Source of the DNA: Bacteroidales bacterium
GTDB lineage: Bacteria > Bacteroidota > Bacteroidia > Bacteroidales > UBA3824
DNA length: 64,000 bases
Assembly (NCBI GenBank): GCA_017962175.1
Contig: JAGCVU010000248.1
Coordinates: 2,514 to 66,513, forward strand
Direction of reading: 5' to 3'
The position numbers and the translations under genes were made by a program. This document shows, in pieces, positions 26,835 to 37,361 of the stretch (position 1 is its first letter; each line of letters opens with the position of its first letter). The notes beneath the pieces are model-generated. The model saw only the letters and a program-made list of their open reading frames with translations, was not told the DNA's origin and did not search any database.

Positions 26835-27434
26835 ATGATGTTTAATGCAAAAAGACTAACAGCAGCAGCAATGCTCTGCATTTCAGCGCTTATGTGCAAT
26901 GCGCAAAGCAATATTAGCGCAGCCCTCACCGGATTGGGCGCAGATTTTGGCGACAGAGAAAATGCACCTCTCTATAAAATCAAAGCCGACGACAATGGCA
27001 AAATTCTGGTGGAACCCGGCATTCGTCTCGGAGCAGAATTATATGCCAACGATTTTACAAGTCTCAAATTTGCCCAAACAATAAGAATGGACTGCATGAA
27101 AAAAGCAGCTTTCACCACCGAGTTGATGCTAAGATTCCGCCTTTTCAAAATTTACAAGCACTCGCTTTCTATTGGATTTGGTGGAGCAGCATTTTACCGA
27201 AAAACTTGGCAAGACATTGAGGGATACAAAGATGATGGATACAAAAACGGAACTTTGCAAAACAAAGTATTGCCCACTGCCGAATTGGAATACAACTACG
27301 TAATCAGCAAGAAAAACGACCTATCGTTTGCTGTTACTCATTTTGGTCCTAAGGCTGTAGGATTTGCCGTTGGCGTAAAACATTGGTTCTCACGCAAGAG
27401 CAGCCACTGCAACACTTGTCCGAGTTTTCACTAA
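26835..27434 (+). CDS. hypothetical secreted protein, probably a small outer-membrane beta-barrel
   Basis: It has a signal peptide (MLCISALMCNAQS), alternating-hydrophobicity strands and aromatic-rich strand ends. No confident family assignment was possible. Confidence 0.4.
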   Translation: MMFNAKRLTAAAMLCISALMCNAQSNISAALTGLGADFGDRENAPLYKIKADDNGKILVEPGIRLGAELYANDFTSLKFAQTIRMDCMKKAAFTTELMLRFRLFKIYKHSLSIGFGGAAFYRKTWQDIEGYKDDGYKNGTLQNKVLPTAELEYNYVISKKNDLSFAVTHFGPKAVGFAVGVKHWFSRKSSHCNTCPSFH

Positions 27435-27441
27435 AAAATGA

Positions 27442-28242
27442 TTATTTAAGCCAACCGTCTGTGTTTTTGAGGTTTTTGTAACTTTTCAACTCACAGCGGA
27501 TGGATGCTATAGGCATATCAATCTTGATTTTCAGCGGCACATAGTTGCCGTCGTTGGTAAACCATGCTTCAAGGGCATCTTCCTTTTTAAACACCGACTT
27601 GTCGTCGAGCACGGGCACAAATTTTAAACACTCAATCTTGCCAAAATCCGACTTTATTACTTCGGTCTTTTTGTATTTGAGCGAAACTAAATATAAATCC
27701 TCGTTGAACCATGTGTGAAGCGGCATCGATTCATTTTTTTCGTATTTTTTATCAAAAATGAACCTCCGCGAGTAGTAAAATGCCGAAATAAGATCAAATG
27801 TATGGGGAGGCACTTCGTGACGACCGCTTTTCATACTGTAAAGCACGCAACTATCTTGACAAAAAATATCCTCATTATAACGTTTGTAGTTGTTTTCGGT
27901 AACATTGCGGACAGCTTTGAGCGGATAACCGGTGGTAATATCAAAAAGACTTTCGTAAATGTCGTAGATATGCGCCACCTTGCTTACCACGCCGGTAGAA
28001 TAGCAAACCGCCTTAACATGAAAATAATAGTCGTAGCCTACAGGTTGCAAACCAACAGTGATTTTTAGCTCACCACCTTTAACTATACCGTACTTAAGAT
28101 CGTAAACAAGCTCCTCGCCGGGCTGAAATGCAGTGTTTACCTTATATTTTTCCTCAACAATTTGTGTAGCTTTTGACTGATTTTGAGCCGAAAGACTATA
28201 CGATGTCAAAAGCAATAAAATAATCAAACAAGATTTAGTCAT
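27442..28242 (-). CDS. DUF3108 domain-containing protein
   Basis: It has a signal peptide. 'GEELVYDLKYGIVKGGELKITV' is the typical opening of DUF3108. Confidence 0.65.
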   Translation of the reverse strand: MTKSCLIILLLLTSYSLSAQNQSKATQIVEEKYKVNTAFQPGEELVYDLKYGIVKGGELKITVGLQPVGYDYYFHVKAVCYSTGVVSKVAHIYDIYESLFDITTGYPLKAVRNVTENNYKRYNEDIFCQDSCVLYSMKSGRHEVPPHTFDLISAFYYSRRFIFDKKYEKNESMPLHTWFNEDLYLVSLKYKKTEVIKSDFGKIECLKFVPVLDDKSVFKKEDALEAWFTNDGNYVPLKIKIDMPIASIRCELKSYKNLKNTDGWLK

Positions 28243-28414
28243 AATTACTAATTACAATTTTCAGCAACAAATTTACGGATAAAACAACAAAAAATCCAGT
28301 CTTCTTACATAAAAAAATAAAAAAGTAAGGTTAAATAATTTGGATAAAAGAAAATTTCATATATTTGTGTTTTTCAAATAAACAACATAACGGATCAAAA
28401 AAAACTACAATTAA

Positions 28415-29113
28415 ATGCGTAACACCAAGATTGCCGTGGCCCTTGCACTCACTGCCCTAACGGTATTTGCCGCCATATCGTGCAATAGTTTATCTCATTT
28501 CGGCAGACTAACCCAAGGACGGATAGTGTACGGAATAGAGTATCCGAAAGAAGAAGGACAGCCCATACTTGTAACACTACTACCCCCTACTATGGAATTG
28601 AAATTCAAGGAAAACAATACGGTTATAAACATCACGGGTTTTGCCAACATGTTTAACTTGAAATACATAACCGACAGCCACACTCATACCAACTACACTC
28701 TGTTTAGGGTTATGAATCAGAAACTTATGTATAAGGCGGACACCACCGAAAAGGCTTTCGGATACGACCAGATGAACAATCTCACTCTTACTTATACCGA
28801 CGACACTCTCACTATTTGCGGCTACAAATGCCACAAAGCCATTGCCAAAGGCAACAAACCAGATAGCGAAAGTTACGACCTATATTATACCGACGAAATA
28901 GCTATCAATCGTCCCAACACCAACAACCCGTTTAAACAATTAGATGGCGTGCTGCTTGGTTTTCAAGTTAGATTGCACGGTATCAGCATGATAATGAGAG
29001 CAATAGAAATAAAGTCAGAGGAGGTTGACGACTCTGAATTTAATATTCCCACTGATTTTAAACAAGTAACTTACAGCGAGTTGCAAGATTTTATCAATGA
29101 TTATATGAAATAG
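28415..29113 (+). CDS. lipoprotein, divergent GLPGLI-family-like
   Basis: The lipobox is 'AISC'. 'ICGYKCHKA...YYTDEI...PFKQLDGVLLGF' parallels the '...GYkCkKA...wYt.eIp..GP..f.GLPGLIL' pattern of the GLPGLI family. Confidence 0.45.
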   Translation: MRNTKIAVALALTALTVFAAISCNSLSHFGRLTQGRIVYGIEYPKEEGQPILVTLLPPTMELKFKENNTVINITGFANMFNLKYITDSHTHTNYTLFRVMNQKLMYKADTTEKAFGYDQMNNLTLTYTDDTLTICGYKCHKAIAKGNKPDSESYDLYYTDEIAINRPNTNNPFKQLDGVLLGFQVRLHGISMIMRAIEIKSEEVDDSEFNIPTDFKQVTYSELQDFINDYMK

Positions 29114-29122
29114 GCTATTCTG

Positions 29123-29914
29123 CTAAAAATTCCATTGCGAAATTTCATTTAGTTGAGAGTAGTCGGTGTAATCAATCTTAACAGGACATACAGAAATATA
29201 TCCGTTAGCCAATGCCCATTCATCGGTGTCGTCGGCATCGGGTTCGTGATTCACAAACTTGCCGCACAGCCAATAATACATCTTACGATTGTTAGGGTGA
29301 ATATTTTCCTCGTAATACTCGTCCCACATAGCACTGCACATTCGGGCAGTTTTGATACCCACAATTTGGTGTTCGGCAGGATTTGGAATATTTACATTTA
29401 GGCAAAGAGTGTCGTTACCTTTGTATTCCAACACTTTGGAAGTTATTTTACGAACATATTCGGCTATTTCGGCAAAATCCACATCGGCAGAAAAGTTTAA
29501 AATAGAGAAACCAACCGAATGAATATTGTGCAACGCACCTTCCATAGCAGCTCCCATAGTGCCTGAGTACAAAAGGTTTATGCTCGAATTAGATCCGTGA
29601 TTTATTCCGCTAAGAATAATATCAGGACGACGCGGAAGTATCTTGTAAAGTGCAATTTTAACGCAGTCGGCAGGCGAACCGGTGCATTTATATGCCGTTA
29701 CCTCAGGGTCAAAAGCGTGCGATGTTCGATACCACAAGGGCAAATCAAGTGTAATACTGTGTCCTTTGCCGCTCTGAGGCTTGTCGGGTGCCACCACCAC
29801 TACTTTGCCCAAAGACATAACAGCGGCTACAAGTTCTTTAAGCCCGCGAGCAAAAATACCATCATCGTTGCACACAAGTATCAAGGGCAATGAATTGTTG
29901 TCCATATCTTCCAT
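29123..29914 (-). CDS. surE: 5'/3'-nucleotidase SurE
   Basis: It contains 'ILVCNDDGIFARGL', 'SGINHGSN' and 'YSGTMGAAMEG'. Confidence 0.92.
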   Translation of the reverse strand: MEDMDNNSLPLILVCNDDGIFARGLKELVAAVMSLGKVVVVAPDKPQSGKGHSITLDLPLWYRTSHAFDPEVTAYKCTGSPADCVKIALYKILPRRPDIILSGINHGSNSSINLLYSGTMGAAMEGALHNIHSVGFSILNFSADVDFAEIAEYVRKITSKVLEYKGNDTLCLNVNIPNPAEHQIVGIKTARMCSAMWDEYYEENIHPNNRKMYYWLCGKFVNHEPDADDTDEWALANGYISVCPVKIDYTDYSQLNEISQWNF

Positions 29915-29955
29915 ATAATTATTGTTTTATTATCTTAAGTATCAATTAATCAATA

Positions 29956-30888
29956 TCAAAGCCAATGCTTATGACGCGAGAATCTTATTCCCACAAATGC
30001 CATTATTATTGAAAATACAAGTATTATCGGCATAGCCCAAACCCACGACTCCATTCCGTTGGGCACGTTCATTCCAAAAAACGAAGCTATCAACGTAGGT
30101 ATCATCAAAATAATCGACACTGAGGTCATCTGCTTCATTACCACGTTGAGGTTGTTGGAAATAACGCTTGCAAATGTATCCATCATTCCGCTTTGAATGT
30201 TGCTGTATATCTGCGCCATCTCGATAGCCTGTTTGGTTTCAATCATTGCGTCTTCGATAAGGTCTTCGTTGATTTCGCTAAACATTGTCTTTTTAGAGTT
30301 TTTAAACTTGGCAAGAACAAGTTCGTTGCTCTTCAATGAGGTGATAAAAAACACAAGGCATTTCTCTAATTTCAAAAGTTTGTTGAGTTCCTTGTTTCTA
30401 ATTGACTTTTCTATCTCCTTTTCAATCAATGATGTATGTTGGTTTATCTGTCTCAGATAATACATAAACGAGTTTGCACTGCGTATAAACAGGTTGAGAG
30501 TGAAGTTGATACGGTCGTAAACCGGCTGCGACGAATTTCGATAAACCGAAGGTTGGTCTACAGGCAACACATTGTTGGGCACGTTGCATATAGTTACCGT
30601 GTAATCCTCGCCCATAAATATTCCAAGCGGGTAGGTAGAGTAATTCATCGTATCGCCCTGAGTTTCCACCGGAATACGCAAAATTATCATACTCCAATCA
30701 TCATCCACCTCGTAACGCGGTCTCTCGTCGTTGTCGAGGATGTCTTGGATAACATCTTGCGGAACTTTGAATTTTTCTTGCAACAGTTCCACCTCTTCGC
30801 TGTCGGGTTGTACGCAATGTACCCAACAGCCGTTTTCAAGTTCGCTGAATTTCTCGGCGCCCAAGAAACTTCTGTACATCTGAATCAT
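29956..30888 (-). CDS. corA: CorA-family magnesium/cobalt transporter
   Basis: 310 aa. It has two C-terminal TM helices with the 'FGMNVP' (GMN) signature between them. Confidence 0.9.
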   Translation of the reverse strand: MIQMYRSFLGAEKFSELENGCWVHCVQPDSEEVELLQEKFKVPQDVIQDILDNDERPRYEVDDDWSMIILRIPVETQGDTMNYSTYPLGIFMGEDYTVTICNVPNNVLPVDQPSVYRNSSQPVYDRINFTLNLFIRSANSFMYYLRQINQHTSLIEKEIEKSIRNKELNKLLKLEKCLVFFITSLKSNELVLAKFKNSKKTMFSEINEDLIEDAMIETKQAIEMAQIYSNIQSGMMDTFASVISNNLNVVMKQMTSVSIILMIPTLIASFFGMNVPNGMESWVWAMPIILVFSIIMAFVGIRFSRHKHWL

Positions 30889-30893
30889 TTGCT

Positions 30894-30937
30894 AAACCTC
30901 CAAATTTCACATCCCAAGAGTAGGGAAAAGGAGGTTT
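30894..30937 (-). promoter_or_regulatory. SD-sequestering hairpin in the corA leader
   Basis: In the mRNA, AAACCUCC (30937-30930) pairs perfectly over 8 bp with GGAGGUUU (30901-30894). The GGAGG sits 8 nt before the corA AUG. Confidence 0.45.
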
Positions 30938-30953
30938 CAAAAAAGAAACGTTC

Positions 30954-31007
30954 TTACCCCTCCGGGAAAAAATTAAAGTTTTCTAAATTATAAGGGTCTT
31001 CGTCCAT
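30954..31007 (-). CDS. candidate 17-aa leader peptide (MDEDPYNLENFNFFPEG) in the corA 5' leader
   Basis: An ATG at 31007-31005 and an in-frame TAA at 30956-30954. The last codons (CCG GAG GGG UAA) overlap a second GGAGG element. There is no independent evidence of translation. Confidence 0.3.
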   Translation of the reverse strand: MDEDPYNLENFNFFPEG

Positions 31008-31042
31008 AGGATAAAAACTTAAGTATTGCTACATTTACGCTG

Positions 31043-31074
31043 CAAATATAGCGTTTTATTTTTTTAGGTGCAAA
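31043..31074 (-). promoter_or_regulatory. candidate Bacteroidota sigma-A promoter for corA
   Basis: On the minus strand, TTTG (rc of 31071-31074) is followed by a 20-nt spacer and then TAtaTTTG (rc of 31043-31050). This predicts a TSS near 31036 and a leader of about 148 nt. Confidence 0.5.
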
Positions 31075-31083
31075 TTTAGCCAA

Positions 31084-31123
31084 CAAAAAAAGAACGCCTC
31101 GGCAAAAAAACTTGCGAGGCGTT
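31084..31123 (-). terminator. rho-independent terminator after the ornithine carbamoyltransferase gene
   Basis: aacgcctcg (31093-31101) pairs with cgaggcgtt (31115-31123) in a 9-bp stem. The minus-strand U-run corresponds to the plus-strand A-run at 31085-31092. Confidence 0.8.
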
Positions 31124-31171
31124 ATGATCAAATATAAATGTGACTATAACATTAATCTCAAGCCATATAGA

Positions 31172-32173
31172 TTAGTCGCCTAAGGTGGCCACCATTACAG
31201 CCTTGATAGTATGGAGACGGTTTTCGGCTTGGTCGAACACGATAGATGCCTTAGATTCAAATACTTCGTCGGTAACTTCGATACAATCCAAACTGTATTT
31301 TTCGTAAATCTGACGGCCAACAGATGTTTCCAAATCGTGAAACGCCGGTAGGCAGTGCATAAATTTAACATCGGGATTGCCGGTGAGTTTCAAGCAGTTG
31401 CTATCTACACGATATTTCAAAAGCATATCAATGCGTTCTTTCCATACTTCGGCGGGTTCGCCCATAGATACCCAAACGTCGGTGTAAATTACATCACAGT
31501 CTTTTACGCCTTGAGCAATGTCTTCGGTAACTGTGATTTTTGCTCCCGAAACCAATGCCAACGACTGACACTTGTCAAGTAAGTTAGCATCAGGCGAAAG
31601 TTTTTTGGGGCCAACAAGACGAATGTCCATACCCAATTTAGAGGCTATCACAAGCAGCGAGTTTACTGTATTGCAGTGCAAATCACCGAGAAATGCTATT
31701 TTTATATCCTTAACATCTTTGTTGAAATGCTCTTGAATTGTAAGTAAATCGGCAAGAGCTTGTGTGGGATGAAATTCGTTTGTAAGACCGTTCCAAACAG
31801 GAACACCAGAAAACTCGGCAAGCTGCTCCACTATCTTCTGACCAAATCCACGGTATTCAATGGCGTCAAACATTCGTCCAAATACACGTGCTGAATCCTT
31901 GATTGATTCCTTGTGTCCAAGTTGACTGCCCGAAGGAGTGATGTATACAGTTCGGGCGCCTTGATCGGCAGCCGCCACCTCAAATGCACAACGAGTACGG
32001 GTAGATGTTTTTTCAAATACTAATGCAATGTTTTTTCCGGTAAGGTGCTTAACCTCTGTTCCCTGCGATTTGGCTTTTTTCAAATCGGCTGCCAACTGCA
32101 ACATGTAATTGATTTCCTCGGGAGTAAAATCGAGGAGAGTTAGCAGACTTCTGTTTTTTAAATTCACTGTCAT
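31172..32173 (-). CDS. argF: ornithine carbamoyltransferase (canonical OTC)
   Basis: 333 aa. The carbamoyl-phosphate motif is '[13 protein letters not shown]'. Ornithine-binding motifs are 'TDVWVSMGE' and 'HCLPAFH'. From memory it is colinear with, and very similar to, enterobacterial ArgI/ArgF. Confidence 0.92.
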   Translation of the reverse strand: MTVNLKNRSLLTLLDFTPEEINYMLQLAADLKKAKSQGTEVKHLTGKNIALVFEKTSTRTRCAFEVAAADQGARTVYITPSGSQLGHKESIKDSARVFGRMFDAIEYRGFGQKIVEQLAEFSGVPVWNGLTNEFHPTQALADLLTIQEHFNKDVKDIKIAFLGDLHCNTVNSLLVIASKLGMDIRLVGPKKLSPDANLLDKCQSLALVSGAKITVTEDIAQGVKDCDVIYTDVWVSMGEPAEVWKERIDMLLKYRVDSNCLKLTGNPDVKFMHCLPAFHDLETSVGRQIYEKYSLDCIEVTDEVFESKASIVFDQAENRLHTIKAVMVATLGD

Positions 32174-32242
32174 TTGGTTAAAACGTTGTTTTGTGCAAAA
32201 TTAACGAAAAATATTGAAAACCAAGTAAGCGAAATACTGAAA

Positions 32243-34219
32243 TTATTCAGCTGCCGCATATACCTTGGTAAAAAACTCTCTCAATTCGCCGTAACCCGAC
32301 AATTCAAAAAATGGTGATGAAATATCTACATCTATCTGATAAACAGTATGTCCGTCTTCTTCAGAAACACCAAAAGTGGCATTGAGCCTACCGCCTACTG
32401 CCGAAAAATTCTGCGGAGAAAAACCATTGCTCATAGGTTGATTGCACTCCACCTTGTAGGTATAATGTCTTGGCACCACAAAGTCAACAGGCATAGAACG
32501 TGTCAACTCAGGGAAGGGATTATCGCCCATAAGCACTTGGAAAATAGATTGCAGGTTGTTGCCGCCAAAGGCAAACGAAGTATCACTTACGTGTTTTTCT
32601 TCGGTAAAAACTCCGTTACTTTGGTCAGAAATTCTACACATACCATCAGAGAGATTGGCAGTAAGATGCAGTTCGTCGGCAAAGGATTGTTGCAACGACA
32701 CAAAGTAATGATTCTCGGTTAGCATTACAAGATATTGATTGTTGATATTCTGTTTGTTAAGCTGATCAAAAGGACGGTTAGGATCAGTAGCGTCAATGAT
32801 ATAACTTAATATGTTGTTGTCGTGAATAAACGAAACATAAGCAAGTATGTTGTTGAATTGCAACTTGTTAACATACGAAGAATCTACTGTACCAAAATCT
32901 CTTGTGGCAGACAACACCGGATATGCATCAAAACCGGCTCTACGCAGCAATGATATTAAAGTGGCATTGATTTCGGCACTACTACCCTTTCTACTCTTTA
33001 ATACAGTTTCGGGAGCATGATATACACAATTGGAATAAGTGCCGTCCCACTTTATATTAGATGATACATATCCATAAAGTTTTTTCAAAAGCGACAGCGA
33101 ATCAACACCATCGGCATTATCAAAAATTTCTGAAAGTGTGTCGTTTAGTACAAACGATTTGAGTATAGGTTTCCAAAATACGGAACTGCGACGGAGGTCT
33201 TTGGTAAAACGTGTCCAGTTGTTACTTTCAAACTTTATGTAGCCGGGACTTACAATCTGGTTCCAAACCTCAAATTTTGAAAGATAACGATTGCCGGGTT
33301 CATCGTAAGCAAATAGTAGTCGGGTAAGTCGCGCCCAAACATCGGTAAGTGATTGATTTTGATGGATATCCTCGGTTATCTTTTTGGGACGCATAATCAA
33401 TCGCGAGTCGAAATATTTTTTCTGCGGCATAAATTCATAAATAGTATCCACAGGAACAGTATTATAGGCGGTAAACACATTTCTAACCGACGGAAAACGA
33501 AATGTAATCATCTGTCCGCGTTCAGAATATACGTTAACAGGACCATTTGCCGACGAGAAATTCTCATTAATAGAAACAAAATGATAATCGGATAATCGGT
33601 CAACTGGAGCATTTTCGCCGGTAACTAAAAATTCATATTCAATAAAATCGGGAAATTCTGTTACTACCTGCGAAACTTTGCAAGGATATGCACTGTGAAA
33701 ATCCCACACTTCGGGATGCGAATAGTCGAATGTTACTTTAGTATACTGTATATCAACAATATCGCCGGCTTTTATTTCAGGAAAATGAATAATCAAACTA
33801 CTTTTGATACTATCGCGATCAATCACTTCCACATTTTTGTATTTTACTTTATGCTCGGTAACTTTTTGGTTCACAAGTCGATAAATTCGAGCCCTAGTGT
33901 TCAATACTTTTTCGTATTCGTATCTTCCGCTGAATGGCACTACTATTTGGTTGTTTTCTAAAAAATTGTCTTCCAATGCTTTGTAACGAATATGATGGGT
34001 ATTGAAAAACATAACCTGATGGTCGTAAGTGTTGAAAGTGTTGATGCGCTGGTTGATTAGCACCACAGCTTTTGGGTTTCCAAATTGTTCCAACTCCGAC
34101 GGCTTGAAATCGTCGGCGGTAACAACACCAAAATTTTTCACAGTTGTATCTTTCTGAGAATAAACACAGATTGATAAAAATACTGAAATACAGACAAATA
34201 TAAACTTTTTCATAGTCAT
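32243..34219 (-). CDS. DUF3857/transglutaminase-like domain protein
   Basis: It has a signal peptide and a large N-terminal beta-rich region. The central 'KGSSAEINATLISLLRRAGFDAYPV' resembles a transglutaminase-like core, with Ser where the nucleophile Cys is expected. Confidence 0.5.
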   Translation of the reverse strand: MTMKKFIFVCISVFLSICVYSQKDTTVKNFGVVTADDFKPSELEQFGNPKAVVLINQRINTFNTYDHQVMFFNTHHIRYKALEDNFLENNQIVVPFSGRYEYEKVLNTRARIYRLVNQKVTEHKVKYKNVEVIDRDSIKSSLIIHFPEIKAGDIVDIQYTKVTFDYSHPEVWDFHSAYPCKVSQVVTEFPDFIEYEFLVTGENAPVDRLSDYHFVSINENFSSANGPVNVYSERGQMITFRFPSVRNVFTAYNTVPVDTIYEFMPQKKYFDSRLIMRPKKITEDIHQNQSLTDVWARLTRLLFAYDEPGNRYLSKFEVWNQIVSPGYIKFESNNWTRFTKDLRRSSVFWKPILKSFVLNDTLSEIFDNADGVDSLSLLKKLYGYVSSNIKWDGTYSNCVYHAPETVLKSRKGSSAEINATLISLLRRAGFDAYPVLSATRDFGTVDSSYVNKLQFNNILAYVSFIHDNNILSYIIDATDPNRPFDQLNKQNINNQYLVMLTENHYFVSLQQSFADELHLTANLSDGMCRISDQSNGVFTEEKHVSDTSFAFGGNNLQSIFQVLMGDNPFPELTRSMPVDFVVPRHYTYKVECNQPMSNGFSPQNFSAVGGRLNATFGVSEEDGHTVYQIDVDISSPFFELSGYGELREFFTKVYAAAE

Positions 34220-34327
34220 TTAATATAAATATCACAACACACAATAGTAGTAAATAATTGGATAAAAAAAAAGTGTTTCGCCCCAAAAAGGTGAAACACT
34301 ATATAAATCACAAATTGATAATCTAAA

Positions 34328-35986
<1,659 letters not shown>

Positions 35987-36068
35987 TTACAATATAGTAC
36001 TACAACGTGGCAGGTGTTTTTTAATCAAAATTTAAAACTGATGAAAAATAATAAAAAACATCTATTTT

Positions 36069-36099
36069 TTTGTAGTATTAATTAATTTTGTTACATTTG
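36069..36099 (+). promoter_or_regulatory. candidate sigma-A promoter for ORF 36122-36682
   Basis: TTTG (36069-36072) is followed by a 19-nt spacer and then TAcaTTTG (36092-36099). The ATG lies 23 nt downstream. Confidence 0.5.
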
Positions 36100-36121
36100 C
36101 ATACTCAAAAAATAAACGTAT

Positions 36122-36682
36122 ATGAACAAAATTTTTTGTTTAGAGACCGAATGGGATAAGTCTATTCAGGATTTGAAAAAAAAGTCAGCAGCAAAATCGT
36201 TGCTCGAATTTTTAGAAAACACTCTGAATATTCCTTATGCATTTCGCCAAGTGGCTACATCTCAAGACTTTGAATATTATATCAACCATCTCAACTATAG
36301 TTCGTACTCGGCTTACGATATGGTATACCTCTGTTTTCACGGTGCCAAAAGTGCTATAGAGTTTGCCAACGGCGTTAACCTAAATCTGCGCACATTTGCC
36401 AACAAACACGAGAATCTTTTTCTCAACCGAAACGTGCATTTCGGTTCGTGCAGTTCGCTGCGAATGAAAGAGAACGAAATAAAAGCATTCAAACATCACA
36501 CAAACGCCAGAATGATAACTGGTTACACTCGCGATGTTGATTTTATGAATAGTTTTGTTTTTGAACTTTGGCTTCTAAACGCCATAGCCACACACCCGAA
36601 TTATACCGCCAAAGGCATAATGGCAAGGGCTATGCTTGAAATGCCCGGTCACGTAAAAAAATTCGGATTTGTGGCTTACTAA
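36122..36682 (+). CDS. hypothetical cytoplasmic protein with caspase/CHAT-like His...Cys arrangement
   Basis: 186 aa with no signal peptide. 'MVYLCFHGA' (His73-Gly74 after a hydrophobic strand) and 'NVHFGSCSS' (Cys110 after a hydrophobic strand) occur in the order found in clan CD peptidases. It has its own promoter and is convergent with the neighbouring gene. Confidence 0.4.
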   Translation: MNKIFCLETEWDKSIQDLKKKSAAKSLLEFLENTLNIPYAFRQVATSQDFEYYINHLNYSSYSAYDMVYLCFHGAKSAIEFANGVNLNLRTFANKHENLFLNRNVHFGSCSSLRMKENEIKAFKHHTNARMITGYTRDVDFMNSFVFELWLLNAIATHPNYTAKGIMARAMLEMPGHVKKFGFVAY

Positions 36683-36709
36683 CCCAATGAAATATCTTCA
36701 AAATTGACC

Positions 36710-37360
36710 TTAATTATGGTCGAATACATATTCCACAATATTTGCGCCCATCTGCAAGGCTTGTAGATGTTTTTCTTGTGTATCGTTGTGAACCTCAGGA
36801 TCTTCCCATCCATCGCCAAGGTCACATTCCCAAGTGTAAAGAAACACAAGACGATCTTCGATAAAAATACCAAAAGCCACTGGAGCATGATTGTCGTGCT
36901 CGTGAATTTTTGGCAAACCGTGATTGAAATGGTATTTTTGATGAAAAATCAAATGTGATGACGGAATCTCTACCAAAGGATTGTCGGGAAAAACGCGCTT
37001 CATTTCACGAAACACAAAATCGCGAGTGCCATAGTTGTCGTCGAAATGGAGAAAACCACCCGACATAAGGTAAAGCCGCAAATTTTCGATATCCGAAGCC
37101 GAAAACTCCACATTGCCGTGACCCGTGGCGTGCACAAAAGGATAGTTGAAAATCTCAGCACTGCCGGGCTCCACAGTAGGAATGTCGTTTGAAATATTGG
37201 TTTTGAGATTTTGATTACAAAACTTTACAAGATTAGGCAACGACGTGGGATTTGCATACCAGTCGCCACCTCCTGAATATTTTAATAAGGCTATTTTAAG
37301 AGTCTGCGATTGAGATGCAACCGCAGACATCAAAAGAAATATCGTTAAAAGAAACCTCAC
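36710..37360 (-). CDS. DUF4159 domain-containing protein
   Basis: A GTG start lies 1 nt after the purB stop and gives a signal peptide. 'LKIALLKYSGGGDWYANPTSLPNL' is the typical DUF4159 opening. Confidence 0.7.
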   Translation of the reverse strand: MRFLLTIFLLMSAVASQSQTLKIALLKYSGGGDWYANPTSLPNLVKFCNQNLKTNISNDIPTVEPGSAEIFNYPFVHATGHGNVEFSASDIENLRLYLMSGGFLHFDDNYGTRDFVFREMKRVFPDNPLVEIPSSHLIFHQKYHFNHGLPKIHEHDNHAPVAFGIFIEDRLVFLYTWECDLGDGWEDPEVHNDTQEKHLQALQMGANIVEYVFDHN

Positions 37361-37361
37361 T

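Noticed and set aside
26835-27434. Possible PagL-like lipid A deacylase, based on a small signal-peptide beta-barrel with 'VTHFGPK' near the C-terminus.
   Set aside because: The PagL-type 'H.SNG' His/Ser context is not matched (Gly-Pro instead of Ser-Asn), and I have no other motif support. It is kept only as a hypothetical outer-membrane protein.
30889-31036. The corA leader as a known M-box (ykoK) Mg2+ riboswitch.
   Set aside because: The length is roughly compatible, but I could not recognise the conserved M-box three-helix core. The structure I can see is a simple SD/anti-SD switch plus a uORF, so it is reported as a novel candidate element rather than as an M-box. A covariance-model scan should decide.
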